A stretch of DNA of 64,000 bases from Lysinibacillus sp. (GCA_051874135.1 JBJEFO010000128.1:807-64806); one strand, 5' to 3'; positions 47,407 through 58,550 are shown, counted from the first letter of the stretch. Made by a program: numbers and translations. The notes: generated by a model not told the origin, from the letters alone.

Positions 47407-48063
47407 CTAAAACAATTCACCAAACTCTAAATGACGTTCTAATTTCCGTTTAATTCTCTGTAAGGCATTATCAATAGACTTCGTTGAACGGTTTAATAAA
47501 CTCGAAATCTCGTTATAAGAACGCCCTTCCAAATATAAGACTAACACTTGTTGCTCAAGCTCACTTAATACTTCACTCATTTGTCCTTCTAATCTAGAAT
47601 ATTCTTCCCTATTAATCATTAAATGCTCTGGATTATCAGAGAGAGGACTTGTGATTACGTCCATGAGCGTACGCTCCGAATCTTCATCATAAATCGGCTT
47701 ATCAAGCGAAACATATGAATTTAGCGGAATATGTTTTTGACGAGTAGCCGTTTTAATAGCTGTAATAATTTGGCGTGTAATGCACAGTTCTGCAAACGCA
47801 CGGAATGATGCGAGCTTGTCTCCTTTAAAATCACGAATTGCTTTATAAAGCCCAATCATTCCCTCTTGAATAATATCCTCTTTATCTGCACCAATTAAAA
47901 AGTATGAACGTGCTTTCACTTTTACAAATAAGCGATATTTTGTAATCAGATAATCTAACGCATTTGTATTGCCTAAATGAACTTGCTCTACAAGTTCTTC
48001 ATCTGAAAGTTCATCAAAATGCTGTACGACTTGCAATTTTTCGCTTTTAAGCAATATTCTCAC
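47407..48063 (-). CDS. sigH: RNA polymerase sigma factor SigH
   Basis: EDIIQEGMIGLYKAIRDF, RQKHIPLNSY, KSIDNALQR; exact start uncertain. Confidence 0.96.
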   Translation of the reverse strand: MRILLKSEKLQVVQHFDELSDEELVEQVHLGNTNALDYLITKYRLFVKVKARSYFLIGADKEDIIQEGMIGLYKAIRDFKGDKLASFRAFAELCITRQIITAIKTATRQKHIPLNSYVSLDKPIYDEDSERTLMDVITSPLSDNPEHLMINREEYSRLEGQMSEVLSELEQQVLVLYLEGRSYNEISSLLNRSTKSIDNALQRIKRKLERHLEFGELF

Positions 48064-48123
48064 CCCAGTACGCCAGAATCATTAGAAACAGTATAATAGA
48101 ATTGGAAAATAACGGTCAATAAG

Positions 48124-48636
48124 TTATTTTAAACCTCTTCGCCATTTTTCCAATGTTAAAGCAATATCATCCGGAAGATTAATACGCCTAGATGGCTTTT
48201 CGCTTTGAGTTTCTTTCACTTTCCGCGAGATATTTGATTGAATAATTTCCATTTCAATTTCAAGTTCACGTGCAGACTTACGTAGTGCGCCATGACCAAA
48301 TACCACATTTTGTTCGGTCATATCAGAAGTCGCTACGTGAATTTGAATTTTTCGTCCCTTTAAATCGGTCGATAATTTTTCAATACGCTCGTCCGCCGTC
48401 TCATTTTTACGTGTAAAAATCACTTCTACATCATGCTGTATATACAATTGTTCAGTACCTGGTACAAGGTGCGCATCAAATACAACAATGACGCGCCAAC
48501 CTTTTACCGCCTTATATTCCGCCATTAGCTCCACTAGTCGGTCACGTGCATCCTCGAAATTTTCATCGCGAAGGAAACGCAATTCTTTCCATGCACCGAT
48601 CATATTGTAGCCATCTACTAGCAAAATATTTTGCAT
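48124..48636 (-). CDS. rae1: NYN-domain ribosome-associated endoribonuclease Rae1/YacP
   Basis: LLVDGYNMIGAW, VVFDA, ETADERIE, VATSD. Confidence 0.93.
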   Translation of the reverse strand: MQNILLVDGYNMIGAWKELRFLRDENFEDARDRLVELMAEYKAVKGWRVIVVFDAHLVPGTEQLYIQHDVEVIFTRKNETADERIEKLSTDLKGRKIQIHVATSDMTEQNVVFGHGALRKSARELEIEMEIIQSNISRKVKETQSEKPSRRINLPDDIALTLEKWRRGLK

Positions 48637-48641
48637 AAGCG

Positions 48642-49394
48642 TTATCCGTTCTGTTCTTGTCGTTTGCGATACACTTCATACATTAAAAGTGCCGCAGCAA
48701 CAGAAGCATTTAACGATGTAACATGTCCAACCATCGGTAAGTGATATAAGAAATCACATTTTTTCTTGAGCAACGAACTCATACCTTTACCTTCACTACC
48801 AATAATGATGGCAAGTGGAAGTGTTGCATCCATTTTGCGATAGTCAGCTGAGCCTTTCGCATCTGTTCCAGCAATCCAAACACCGCGCTCCTTCAGCTCG
48901 TCCACCGTTTGTGCTAAGTTTGTCACACGCACAACAGGCACATGCTCGATAGCACCAGTCGAAGCTTTTGCTACAACTGCTGTCAATCCTACTGCTCGAC
49001 GTTTCGGAATAATGATTCCATGTACACCGATTGCATCTGCTGTTCGCATAATGGACCCCAAATTATGCGGGTCCTCTAATTCATCTAATATTAAAAAAAA
49101 CGGGTCTTCATTTTTCTTTTGCGCCGCTGAAAATAAATCTTCAAGTTCTGCATATTTATAAGCAGCTACTGACGCAACAATCCCTTGGTGATTAGCATCT
49201 GATAACTGATCTACCTTTTTCTTCGGTACAAATTGTACAAGAACACCACGCTCACGGGCTAAATCTAGCAGTTCATTAATGCCAGATTTTTTAACTCCTT
49301 CTGCAATCCATAGTTTATTTATTTCTCGACCTGAACGAAGCGCTTCTAATACCGGATTTTTCCCTGCGATCATTTCGCTATTTTGTTCCGTCAT
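48642..49394 (-). CDS. rlmB: 23S rRNA 2'-O-methyltransferase (SPOUT)
   Basis: DPHNLGSIMRTA, GSEGKG, SLNASVA. Confidence 0.95.
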   Translation of the reverse strand: MTEQNSEMIAGKNPVLEALRSGREINKLWIAEGVKKSGINELLDLARERGVLVQFVPKKKVDQLSDANHQGIVASVAAYKYAELEDLFSAAQKKNEDPFFLILDELEDPHNLGSIMRTADAIGVHGIIIPKRRAVGLTAVVAKASTGAIEHVPVVRVTNLAQTVDELKERGVWIAGTDAKGSADYRKMDATLPLAIIIGSEGKGMSSLLKKKCDFLYHLPMVGHVTSLNASVAAALLMYEVYRKRQEQNG

Positions 49395-49397
49395 GTC

Positions 49398-49811
49398 CTA
49401 CACTCCCTTCTGCTGTTCAATTATGTCTATTGCATAATCAATAATTTCATATACGCGCTCTAGTTGTTTTATTAAAAATAAGTATCCTAGTACCGCCTCA
49501 AAACCAGAGCTATTGCGGTACGTTTGTACATCTGTATTTTTTGGTACAGTTCCCGATTTCGCGTTACGGCCGCGGCGGAAGATAGCTAGTTCTTCTTCTG
49601 TTAAGAACGCTTCGTCCATCATGCGGTGTACAACAAACGCTTGCGCCTTGGCCGACACATATTTTGTTGCTTCTTTATGAAGCGTATTCGGTTTAACACG
49701 CCCTGCTAGTAGGAGATGCTCGCGTACTTTTTGTTCAAGTACAGCATCCCCCATATAAGCAAGCGCCAATGCATTTAATTGTTTTACATCTTCTGTTCGA
49801 AGTTTCATCAT
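49398..49811 (-). CDS. mrnC: Mini-ribonuclease III
   Basis: [23 protein letters not shown]. Confidence 0.95.
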   Translation of the reverse strand: MMKLRTEDVKQLNALALAYMGDAVLEQKVREHLLLAGRVKPNTLHKEATKYVSAKAQAFVVHRMMDEAFLTEEELAIFRRGRNAKSGTVPKNTDVQTYRNSSGFEAVLGYLFLIKQLERVYEIIDYAIDIIEQQKGV

Positions 49812-49815
49812 ACTA

Positions 49816-51216
49816 TTATCCTCGTTTCCAGCGCGTTCCTTGACGAGTATCTTCTAAAATAATATTCATACTTAACAATTGATCTCGAATTTCATCTGAA
49901 CGTGCAAAGTCACGATTTTTACGTGCTTGATTACGCTCTTCGATTAACGCTTCAATTTCTTCATCTAGCAATTCAGTTTCTTGTGCAAACACAATTCCTA
50001 ATACATCACCTAGTGTATCAAATGTATCGATAAATGCTTGTAAAACACGCTCTTCTGTATTGCTTTCGTTTAAGTACGTATTAGCAATACGTGCTAACTC
50101 AAATAGCGCGGAAATAGCATTCGCCGTATTGAAGTCATCATTCATCGCTTCTTCAAATTGGGCTTTAACATCTGCAATTTTCGCTATCCATTCTTCGCTT
50201 CCTTCACCTAACCCTGCTGTTGCAGATAGGCGATATTGAACGTTTGCATAAGCCGTACGTAAGCGTTCTAAACCTGTTGCAGCCGCTTCTACTAAATCTT
50301 GTGCAAAGTTAATTGGATGACGATAATGTACACTCAGCATGAAGAAACGTAGCACCTGTGGGTCAATTTGCTTGCGAATATCATTTACTAATACAAAGTT
50401 ACCAAGCGATTTGGACATTTTCTCATTGTCGATATTAATATAACCATTATGCATCCAGTAACGTGCAAATGTTTTTTCCGTATACGCCTCTGATTGTGCA
50501 ATTTCATTTTCATGGTGTGGGAATGTTAAGTCTTGACCACCTGCGTGAATATCAATTGTATCACCTAAATGCTCACGTGCCATTACAGAACACTCAATAT
50601 GCCAACCCGGACGCCCTTCTCCCCACGGACTTGCCCATTTAATTTCACCTGGTTTCGCTGCTTTCCATAATGCAAAGTCTAATGGGTCTTCTTTCTTTTC
50701 ACCTGCTTCAATACGAGCGCCTACTTTTAAATCATCAATTGATTGGTGACTTAATTTGCCGTAGCCGTCAAATTTACGCGTACGATAGTAGACATCACCA
50801 CCAGACTCATAAGCATATCCTTTATCGATTAACACCCCGATAAATTCGATAATGTCATCCATATGATTCGTTACGCGAGGATGCACATCCGCTTTTTTGC
50901 AACCAAGCGCTGTAATATCATCAAAGTACGCAGCGATAAAACGCTCTGTTAATTCAAATACTTCCTCACCAAGTTCATTGGCCGCTTTAATAATTTTATC
51001 GTCAACGTCTGTAAAGTTCGAAACGAATTTCACTTCATAGCCTGCATATTGTAAATAACGGCGTACAGTATCGTAAACAATGACAGGGCGTGAATTTCCG
51101 ATATGAATATAGTTGTATACAGTTGGACCACATACATACATTTTCACTTTCCCCTCTTCAAGCGGAATAAACTCTTCTTTCTGTCTCGTTAAAGAATTAA
51201 AAATTTGAATGCTCAT
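49816..51216 (-). CDS. cysS: Cysteine--tRNA ligase
   Basis: [26 protein letters not shown]; start MSIQIF (the ORF-track extension is the T-box). Confidence 0.99.
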   Translation of the reverse strand: MSIQIFNSLTRQKEEFIPLEEGKVKMYVCGPTVYNYIHIGNSRPVIVYDTVRRYLQYAGYEVKFVSNFTDVDDKIIKAANELGEEVFELTERFIAAYFDDITALGCKKADVHPRVTNHMDDIIEFIGVLIDKGYAYESGGDVYYRTRKFDGYGKLSHQSIDDLKVGARIEAGEKKEDPLDFALWKAAKPGEIKWASPWGEGRPGWHIECSVMAREHLGDTIDIHAGGQDLTFPHHENEIAQSEAYTEKTFARYWMHNGYINIDNEKMSKSLGNFVLVNDIRKQIDPQVLRFFMLSVHYRHPINFAQDLVEAAATGLERLRTAYANVQYRLSATAGLGEGSEEWIAKIADVKAQFEEAMNDDFNTANAISALFELARIANTYLNESNTEERVLQAFIDTFDTLGDVLGIVFAQETELLDEEIEALIEERNQARKNRDFARSDEIRDQLLSMNIILEDTRQGTRWKRG

Positions 51217-51241
51217 TCTTTTTGCTCCTTTTCTATAAAAT

Positions 51242-51480
51242 AAAAAAACGCCCCTGTCATCAACTGATGACAGAGACGCCTCTATTCGCGCGGTTCCACC
51301 CTGACTTGAAGGTTGCCCTTCCACTTTACTGTTCGGTAACGAGAACAACTCGACTTGCTTACTTTTGTTCAGCAAAGTACTCAAAGGTGCATTTCCACAA
51401 AGTGCGCTTAGACTACTTTCAGCCGGTGATAGTCCTCTCTAATAAGCTCATTCTTTTGTGTACTTCTCCTTCTCCACGCT
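51242..51480 (-). ncRNA. Cys T-box riboswitch
   Basis: Stem I with AGTA, AGAGA and GCTGAA motifs; specifier UGC (Cys) at 51389-51391; T-box agggTGGAACCgcg; terminator ctgtcatca/tgatgacag plus a U-tract. Confidence 0.95.
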
Positions 51481-51578
51481 TTTTGGCTAACAATCGATCC
51501 CTAGCCTATTAAATTCAATAACAATGTACTATCAATTTTACATAAGATCATTCAAAAATCAACAGTTGCGCTCCGGGC

Positions 51579-53039
51579 TTATTTTGCGAACTTTTCTACT
51601 CGCGCAATTACTTTTTCTTTTCCGATTAACGCAATAGCATTTGGTAGCTCTGGACCATGTGTTTGCCCAGTTGTTACAACACGGATTGGCATGAATAGGT
51701 TTTTACCTTTCGCACCTGTTTCTTTTTGAACTGCTTTAATAGCCGCTTTAATTGAATCTGCATCAAATGTTTCAAGTGCTTCAAGCTGTGCTTTGAACGC
51801 AGCCATAACAGCTGGTACTTGCTCACCTGCTAATACTTCTTTTGCTTCATCATTGTATTCAATTTCTTCTGTAAAGAATAGGCTTGATAATTCAACGATT
51901 TCTGCACCATAGCTCATTTGTTCATGATAAAGACCGATTAAATCCGAAGCCCATGCTTGCTCTGCTTCCGTTAACGTTTCTGGTAGTAAACCAGCTTTTT
52001 GTAAATGCGGTAAAGCTAACGCTACTACTTCTTCATGAGACAGTTTTTTAATGTATTGGTTATTCATCCAAGTAAGCTTTGTTTTATCAAACATTGATGG
52101 CGATTTAGAAAGGCGCTTTTCATCAAATAATTTCACGAACTCATCATGCGAGAAGATTTCCTCTTCCCCTTCTGGCGACCAACCAAGTAAACCAAAGAAG
52201 TTAAACATCGCTTCTGGTAAGTAGCCAAGGTCTTTATATTGTGCAACGAACTGGATGATTGTTTCATCACGTTTTGATAATTTTTTGCGCTCTTCATTGA
52301 CGATTAACGTCATGTGACCATATTGTGGGTACTCCCACCCAAATGCATCAAACACCATCATTTGCTTTGGTGTGTTAGATAAATGCTCTTCACCACGGAA
52401 TACGTGTGTAATATCCATAAAGTGATCATCTAATACTACCGCGAAGTTGTAAGTTGGGATACCGTTTGCTTTCACAAGTACCCAGTCGCCAATATCTTTC
52501 GATTCGAATGAAACTTCTCCGCGTACTAAGTCATTGAACTTATATGTTACCCCTTCAGGCACACGCATACGAATTGTATAAGGTATGCCTGCCGCTTCTT
52601 TTGCTGCCACTTCTTCTGCAGTTAAGTTGCGACATTTACCATCGTAAGTCGGTGCTGCAACGCCTGCTGCTTTTTGTGCTTCACGAGATGCTTCAAGCTC
52701 TTCAGATGTACAGAAACATTTATAAGCTTGGCCAGCTTCTAACATTTTTTCAGCGTGCTCTTTGTAAATGTCTAAACGCTCCATTTGACGATATGGCGCA
52801 TATGGACCACCGATATCGATTGACTCATCTGGAATAATACCTAACCAGCGTAAGTTATCAAGTTGAGACGCTTCGCCGCCCTCTACATTACGCTCGATAT
52901 CAGTATCTTCAATACGTACGATGAATTTTCCGTTATGATGTTTTGCATATAAATAGTTGAATAGTGCTGTACGCGCTCCACCAATATGTAAGAAGCCTGT
53001 TGGAGATGGCGCATAACGAACACGAACTGGTTTCGTCAT
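51579..53039 (-). CDS. gltX: Glutamate--tRNA ligase
   Basis: [19 protein letters not shown]. Confidence 0.99.
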   Translation of the reverse strand: MTKPVRVRYAPSPTGFLHIGGARTALFNYLYAKHHNGKFIVRIEDTDIERNVEGGEASQLDNLRWLGIIPDESIDIGGPYAPYRQMERLDIYKEHAEKMLEAGQAYKCFCTSEELEASREAQKAAGVAAPTYDGKCRNLTAEEVAAKEAAGIPYTIRMRVPEGVTYKFNDLVRGEVSFESKDIGDWVLVKANGIPTYNFAVVLDDHFMDITHVFRGEEHLSNTPKQMMVFDAFGWEYPQYGHMTLIVNEERKKLSKRDETIIQFVAQYKDLGYLPEAMFNFFGLLGWSPEGEEEIFSHDEFVKLFDEKRLSKSPSMFDKTKLTWMNNQYIKKLSHEEVVALALPHLQKAGLLPETLTEAEQAWASDLIGLYHEQMSYGAEIVELSSLFFTEEIEYNDEAKEVLAGEQVPAVMAAFKAQLEALETFDADSIKAAIKAVQKETGAKGKNLFMPIRVVTTGQTHGPELPNAIALIGKEKVIARVEKFAK

Positions 53040-53120
53040 AATAATTGCCTCCTAAATTGCGTTTAAAAACGACCTGTAATTTTTAACTTTGTTCATTTTA
53101 CCACTCGAAATACGTAAATA

Positions 53121-53158
53121 AAAGTAGCGTGTGCCGAAATTCTCCATGACACACGCTA
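53121..53158 (-). terminator. ispF terminator-like hairpin
   Basis: tagcgtgtg...cacacgcta stem. Confidence 0.55.
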
Positions 53159-53163
53159 AACCA

Positions 53164-53640
53164 TTACTTTTTAATTAATAAAATCGTAGCAAGTGATGCA
53201 ATTCCTTCTTCACGACCCGTAAAGCCTAATTTCTCTGTTGTTGTCGCTTTTACATTCACTTGAGATGGGTCTGCATTTAACAGTTCTGCAATACGATTTT
53301 TCATCGGCTCAATGTAAGGTGCCATTTTCGGACGTTGTGCAATAATCGTTGCGTCTACATTACCTAAAACATAGCCGCGATCCTCAACTATTTTCCAAAT
53401 GTATGCTAGTAATTTCGCTGAATCTGCATCCTTCCACTCTGGGTCTGTGTCTGGGAAGTGACGTCCGATATCTCCTTCACCAATTGCCCCTAATGCTGCA
53501 TCTGTAATTGTATGTAACAACACATCTGCATCAGAATGACCTAAAAGCCCGCGGTCATGGGGAATCTCAATACCACCTAAAATTAATTTGCGACCTTCTG
53601 CAAATGCATGAACATCGTAGCCTTGCCCTACTCGAAACAT
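53164..53640 (-). CDS. ispF: 2-C-methyl-D-erythritol 2,4-cyclodiphosphate synthase
   Basis: [26 protein letters not shown]. Confidence 0.99.
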   Translation of the reverse strand: MFRVGQGYDVHAFAEGRKLILGGIEIPHDRGLLGHSDADVLLHTITDAALGAIGEGDIGRHFPDTDPEWKDADSAKLLAYIWKIVEDRGYVLGNVDATIIAQRPKMAPYIEPMKNRIAELLNADPSQVNVKATTTEKLGFTGREEGIASLATILLIKK

Positions 53641-53651
53641 AAAATAGCCTC

Positions 53652-54338
53652 CTAGTGATTCGCACGGCGAGCTAATATCGCTTCACCAAAAATTAAATCT
53701 TCTTTTGTTGTCATTTTAACATTTTCATAACTGCTTTCAACTATATGGATTTTATGTCCTAAACGTTCGACGAGCATTGCTTCATCCGTGCCTAAAAAGC
53801 CAATCTTTTCAGCTACGTCTTCTGCCTCTGCTAATAAATCAAATCGAAATGCTTGTGGTGTTTGAATCATCCATAAAGAATCTCGATCAACGGTTTCTTT
53901 AATAATGCCGTTTTCTACAATTTTCATCGTATCCTTTGCACGTACACCTGCAATAGCAGCACCTTTTTCATCAGCTATTTTTACTAGCTCTACAATTGTC
54001 GGCACCGTAATGAACGGGCGTGCGGCATCGTGCACAAGTACAATATGAACATCCTGCATTTCCTTAATACATGAATGCACAGAATGCTGACGTTCAGCAC
54101 CACCTGTTGGTAAGCCTTTAATTTTTTTTATGCCGTATTCATGTAAAAGTGATTGAATGAATTCACGCTCTTCATCCTTTACAGCCAGCCAAATGCCTGT
54201 GCAATTTGCATCTTGTTCAAATACAAGCAACGTATGAATGAGAATTGGTTTGTCTGCTAGTTGTAAAAATAATTTGTTTTGCCCTGCACCCATGCGTTTT
54301 CCGCTACCGGCAGCTGGCAATACTACTTCATATTGCAC
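53652..54338 (-). CDS. ispD: 2-C-methyl-D-erythritol 4-phosphate cytidylyltransferase
   Basis: [26 protein letters not shown]; GTG start. Confidence 0.97.
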   Translation of the reverse strand: MQYEVVLPAAGSGKRMGAGQNKLFLQLADKPILIHTLLVFEQDANCTGIWLAVKDEEREFIQSLLHEYGIKKIKGLPTGGAERQHSVHSCIKEMQDVHIVLVHDAARPFITVPTIVELVKIADEKGAAIAGVRAKDTMKIVENGIIKETVDRDSLWMIQTPQAFRFDLLAEAEDVAEKIGFLGTDEAMLVERLGHKIHIVESSYENVKMTTKEDLIFGEAILARRANH

Positions 54339-54354
54339 ATCTTCACTTCCTACT

Positions 54355-55425
54355 CTAATCGTCTTTTGGCTTTGCAAAAATCATACGCCCTGCAGATGTT
54401 TGCAGTACACTCGTCACCGTTACGGTAATCGCTTGCCCAATGTAGCTTCGTCCACCTTCGACAACAATCATCGTACCATCATCTAAATAAGCAACACCTT
54501 GGTTATGCTCTTTCCCATCCTTAATGACTACAACTTGCATATCCTCACCTGGGATAACAACAGGCTTCACAGCATTCGCTAGATCGTTAATGTTTAGCAC
54601 CTTCACTTGATGCAATTCACATACTTTATTTAAATTAAAATCATTCGTTAAAATTTGTGCCCCCATCTGCTTAGCTAGACGCACTAATTTCAAATCTACT
54701 TCAGCGATGTCTTCAAAATCATCATCCACAATAACTACTTTTGATTGACGCTCATCTTGCAAGCGCTTTAAAATATCTAGTCCACGTCGTCCACGTGTAC
54801 GCTTTAACGTATCTGATGAATCCGCAATATGTTGAAGTTCCGTTAAAACAAATTGTGGTACAACAAGCGTTCCTTCAATAAACCCTGTTTCCGAAATATC
54901 CGCAATACGCCCATCAATAATAACACTCGTATCTAGTAATTTCTGCGATAACTTTATATCTTGTTCCCCTATCTTCTTTTTTGAAGATCCTCCAGAACGA
55001 GTAAACAATTGTATTAATTCATCACGTTTGTTAAATCCTACTCTAAACCCTAAATATCCAAGGATAATCGATAAAATAATTGGTAATACTTCTGTAACAA
55101 CCGGTAGCTGTACATTGTTTATAGCAAAGCCTATTAACGTCGCTACACCCAATCCAATAATTAAGCCAACTGTACCAAATAGCAAATCACCAACCGGAAG
55201 CTTAAACAACACTTCTTCCATCCATGTAATAAAGCGGACACAGTAATCTGACAATACAAATGATAAAACAAATAACAAAGTTGCCCCTAACGCTACCGAA
55301 ATATAAGGGTTATTGATCCAAGGATTAGATGATAAATGAATAAGTTCGTATAATGGCGGTAAAAAAACTAGGCCTAACGCCCCCCCGATAAATAAAAATG
55401 CAACTTGAATTACCTTCTTTAACAT
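54355..55425 (-). CDS. yacL: Membrane PIN/TRAM-domain protein YacL
   Basis: N-terminal TMs, LLDTSVIIDGRI (PIN), C-terminal TRAM; start after AAGGAGGTG. Confidence 0.93.
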   Translation of the reverse strand: MLKKVIQVAFLFIGGALGLVFLPPLYELIHLSSNPWINNPYISVALGATLLFVLSFVLSDYCVRFITWMEEVLFKLPVGDLLFGTVGLIIGLGVATLIGFAINNVQLPVVTEVLPIILSIILGYLGFRVGFNKRDELIQLFTRSGGSSKKKIGEQDIKLSQKLLDTSVIIDGRIADISETGFIEGTLVVPQFVLTELQHIADSSDTLKRTRGRRGLDILKRLQDERQSKVVIVDDDFEDIAEVDLKLVRLAKQMGAQILTNDFNLNKVCELHQVKVLNINDLANAVKPVVIPGEDMQVVVIKDGKEHNQGVAYLDDGTMIVVEGGRSYIGQAITVTVTSVLQTSAGRMIFAKPKDD

Positions 55426-55593
55426 ACTTTCACCTCCTTTTTTATTATACATATTTGATCGATTTATAGCGATGTAAAACCCCTATTCTTGCACTATAAC
55501 AGTTCTGTCACCATTCTGCTATTCTGCAACAAAATACTCTCCTTAAAATGTTTTTTTGCTAAAATTCAGCTATTGAAAGTGTATGAAATATTG

Positions 55594-55622
55594 TTGAAAT
55601 CACATTAAAATCCTTTTATAAT
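55594..55622 (+). promoter_or_regulatory. sigma-A promoter of the acetate permease gene
   Basis: TTGAAA-17 nt-TATAAT. Confidence 0.7.
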
Positions 55623-55728
55623 TCAAACTTTCTAGCAAATTACTAATAGCATATAGTTACAAAGCCTTTTTTCGAGTACACTCTTCATGTTCGAGAAAAA
55701 TTACATCATAGAACAGGAGAAATACACA

Positions 55729-56376
55729 TTGAAAGAGACGAAAGAAATTAAATTGATAACAGCTGATCCTTCTGCTGTTGGTCTTTTTGGTCTAGCGATT
55801 GTTACACTTGTTGCATCTTCTCAAAAAATCGGATGGACGGAAGGATTAGGTCTTGTACTTCCATGGGCGATTTTTCTTGGTGGTATTGCACAATTTTACG
55901 CATCTATTTTAGATTCAAAACACAATAATACATTCGGTACAACAGCATTCGGTGCTTACGGTTTATTCTGGATGGCAGTAGGTCTTGGTTGGTTAGTACA
56001 AGCTGGCGTATTTGGTGAAAATTTAATGACATCAGTAGATACACGTCAATTAGGTGTTGTGTATTTAGGATATCTAGTATTTACAGTATTTATGACAATC
56101 GGTGCACTTGAAACAAATAAAGTATTATTCTTCATTTTCGTGTTAATTAATTTCTTATTTGTCGGATTAGCATTAAGTTCATTTGGCATTATGGAGCACG
56201 GCATGCATTTACTTGCCGCTTATTCTGAGCTTGCCATTGGAATTTTATCTTTATACGGTGCAGGTGCAAATGTATTAAACAAACATTTCGGCTTCACATT
56301 CTTACCAGTTGGCAAACCATTTGGCATTATTAAAAAGCCAGTTGCTAAACAAGAAGCTACATTACGCACAAACTAA
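55729..56376 (+). CDS. GPR1/FUN34/YaaH (SatP-family) acetate/carboxylate uptake transporter
   Basis: ADPSAVGLFG, GGIAQF, NTFGTTAFGAYGLFW; about 6 TMs; TTG start after AGGAGA. Confidence 0.88.
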   Translation: MKETKEIKLITADPSAVGLFGLAIVTLVASSQKIGWTEGLGLVLPWAIFLGGIAQFYASILDSKHNNTFGTTAFGAYGLFWMAVGLGWLVQAGVFGENLMTSVDTRQLGVVYLGYLVFTVFMTIGALETNKVLFFIFVLINFLFVGLALSSFGIMEHGMHLLAAYSELAIGILSLYGAGANVLNKHFGFTFLPVGKPFGIIKKPVAKQEATLRTN

Positions 56377-56393
56377 TAGTAATTGAATACGGG

Positions 56394-56430
56394 AAGGAGG
56401 CGTCTGAAAGTAATCAGCACGCCTCCTTTT
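56394..56430. terminator. Terminator between the convergent permease and radA
   Basis: aaggaggcgt...acgcctcctt followed by a T-run. Confidence 0.75.
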
Positions 56431-56433
56431 ATG

Positions 56434-57810
56434 TTATAAATCATTAAAACATGCACGTAAACTCTCCGCGATTGTCTCGACACCGATGACTTGAATGCCT
56501 GCCGGGAAATCCCAGCCCCCTAAGTTAGAAGCCGGAATAAACGCTCGCTTAAAGCCAAGTTTTGCCGCCTCCTGCACACGTTGCTCAATACGGCTCACAC
56601 GTCGCACCTCTCCTGTTAAACCAACTTCTCCAATAAAACAGTCGGTCGCACGAACTGCTTGGTCCTTAAAACTAGAAACAATAGATGTCAATACCGCTAA
56701 GTCAATGGCTGGCTCATCTAATTTTACACCGCCTGCTACCTTTATATAGGCATCTTGCGCTTGTAACAGCATCCCCATACGCTTTTCGAGCACGGCCATT
56801 AATAGCTGCACACGGTTTTGATCTACCCCTGTTGCCATTCGTTTTGGGTAATTAAAGCTTGTCGGTGTTACAAGCGATTGAATTTCTACTAAAATTGGAC
56901 GAGTTCCTTCCATTGAGGCAACAATCGTTGAGCCTGGTGCCCCTTGCGAACGCTCTTGTAGAAACATTTCAGATGGATTTAATACTTCCTTTAACCCACC
57001 ATGTAGCATTTCAAAAATCGCAATTTCATTTGTTGAGCCAAAACGATTTTTCTGACTACGTAAAATACGATGATTATGATGGCGTTCCCCTTCAAAATAT
57101 AGCACCGTATCTACCATATGTTCTAAAATACGCGGACCAGCAATTTGCCCTTCCTTTGTCACGTGTCCTACGAGGAAGATGGCGATGTTTTTCGTCTTTG
57201 CAATACGCATAAGTTCAGCTGTACATTCACGCACTTGTGACACACTACCTGGCGCACTCGTTACTTCCGGATGGTGTATCGTCTGAATCGAGTCAACTAT
57301 AACAAACTTCGGTTTTACTTCTTCAATCGTTTGATTTAAAAACTCTAAATTAGTTTCAGAATAAATATATAGTTCCGGTGATTTTACACCTAACCGCTCT
57401 GCACGAAGCTTCGTTTGACGAACCGATTCCTCACCTGAAATATAGAGCACACGATGTCCTTTATTCGAAAGCAGTGCGGATACTTGCAATAATAATGTCG
57501 ATTTACCGATCCCTGGGTCACCACCGATTAAGACAAGCGATCCTTGCACAATACCTCCGCCTAGCACTCGGTTTAACTCGCCCATTTCTGTTGTAATACG
57601 TGTTTCCTCCATCGTTTCAACATTAATTAGTGGTGTCGCCTTTTGAGTTGTTGATGTTGAATGTTGGAATGCCCCGCGTGGACCTTTTGAAATAATTTCT
57701 ACTTCCTCGACCATCGTATTCCAGTTACCACATCCCGGACAACGCCCCATCCACTTCGGTGATTCATAGCCACAATCGTTGCACATGAATTTTGTTTTCT
57801 TTTTTGCCAT
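56434..57810 (-). CDS. radA: DNA repair protein RadA/Sms
   Basis: C4 Zn finger, [14 protein letters not shown] motif, Lon-like C-terminus. Confidence 0.99.
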   Translation of the reverse strand: MAKKKTKFMCNDCGYESPKWMGRCPGCGNWNTMVEEVEIISKGPRGAFQHSTSTTQKATPLINVETMEETRITTEMGELNRVLGGGIVQGSLVLIGGDPGIGKSTLLLQVSALLSNKGHRVLYISGEESVRQTKLRAERLGVKSPELYIYSETNLEFLNQTIEEVKPKFVIVDSIQTIHHPEVTSAPGSVSQVRECTAELMRIAKTKNIAIFLVGHVTKEGQIAGPRILEHMVDTVLYFEGERHHNHRILRSQKNRFGSTNEIAIFEMLHGGLKEVLNPSEMFLQERSQGAPGSTIVASMEGTRPILVEIQSLVTPTSFNYPKRMATGVDQNRVQLLMAVLEKRMGMLLQAQDAYIKVAGGVKLDEPAIDLAVLTSIVSSFKDQAVRATDCFIGEVGLTGEVRRVSRIEQRVQEAAKLGFKRAFIPASNLGGWDFPAGIQVIGVETIAESLRACFNDL

Positions 57811-57977
57811 GTTGTTCCCCCAAATATTTGTTCTTATTTTAATTGTACAATATAAAAAATAATTTCGTTTACATTAAGAGTTGTTGTATGAAAAATTTTT
57901 GTATGACTTTTACAACGAGCGCAAAAATTTTTCACCTCCAATTGTTGAAGCGAAAAAATTTTTTCTCGAAAAAGGCC

Positions 57978-58086
57978 AATTAGCAGAATTGATATACGAC
58001 TTATTTATAAATAAATGTCATTTTATAGGACATTTTTCTTGAATGACACTTAATTTTAAATATGTTGTATACGAATCCTGCTAATT
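57978..58086. repeat. Long imperfect inverted repeat (45-bp arms, 19-nt spacer)
   Basis: Arms 57978-58022 and 58042-58086 pair at 37 of 45 positions without gaps. Confidence 0.85.
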
Positions 58087-58524
58087 CGATGATTTAACGA
58101 TTAAAAATTTTAGCGCTAAGTTTTTTGCTAAAAATATTCAAGTGCTTACGAATTTTTTAACATTAAAAATAGGTATAAGCATTTTTTTATTACACATAAA
58201 TCAATCGGACTAATTTTGATGCTGCTGCATTTTTTCAAATAAACGCCCTTTTTCATTCAAAAATGAACTCATTCGCAAAGATTTTAACGCTCTTGACGAA
58301 TGAATTATTTAGTATTTTTCTCTCTTTTTTATTAAATAACCTATTTGTCAAACGCTTTTTTCGAAGGAAAACGTTCGTTTTTCAGCAAAAATAAGGGTTT
58401 TTAGCGGATTTTTTTGCAAAATAGGAGAGTTTTTTTATGAATTGTTATGTTGGAAATTTAAAAAGAATATATGGCTTCAAAACTCACTACTTCTGAGTGA
58501 TGCCATAGTGTTCCTCTCAATAAG

Positions 58525-58550
58525 AAAAGCACCCACAAAACGTGAGTGCT
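58525..58550 (-). terminator. clpC terminator
   Basis: Minus strand agcactcac-gtttt-gtgggtgct followed by tttctt. Confidence 0.65.
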
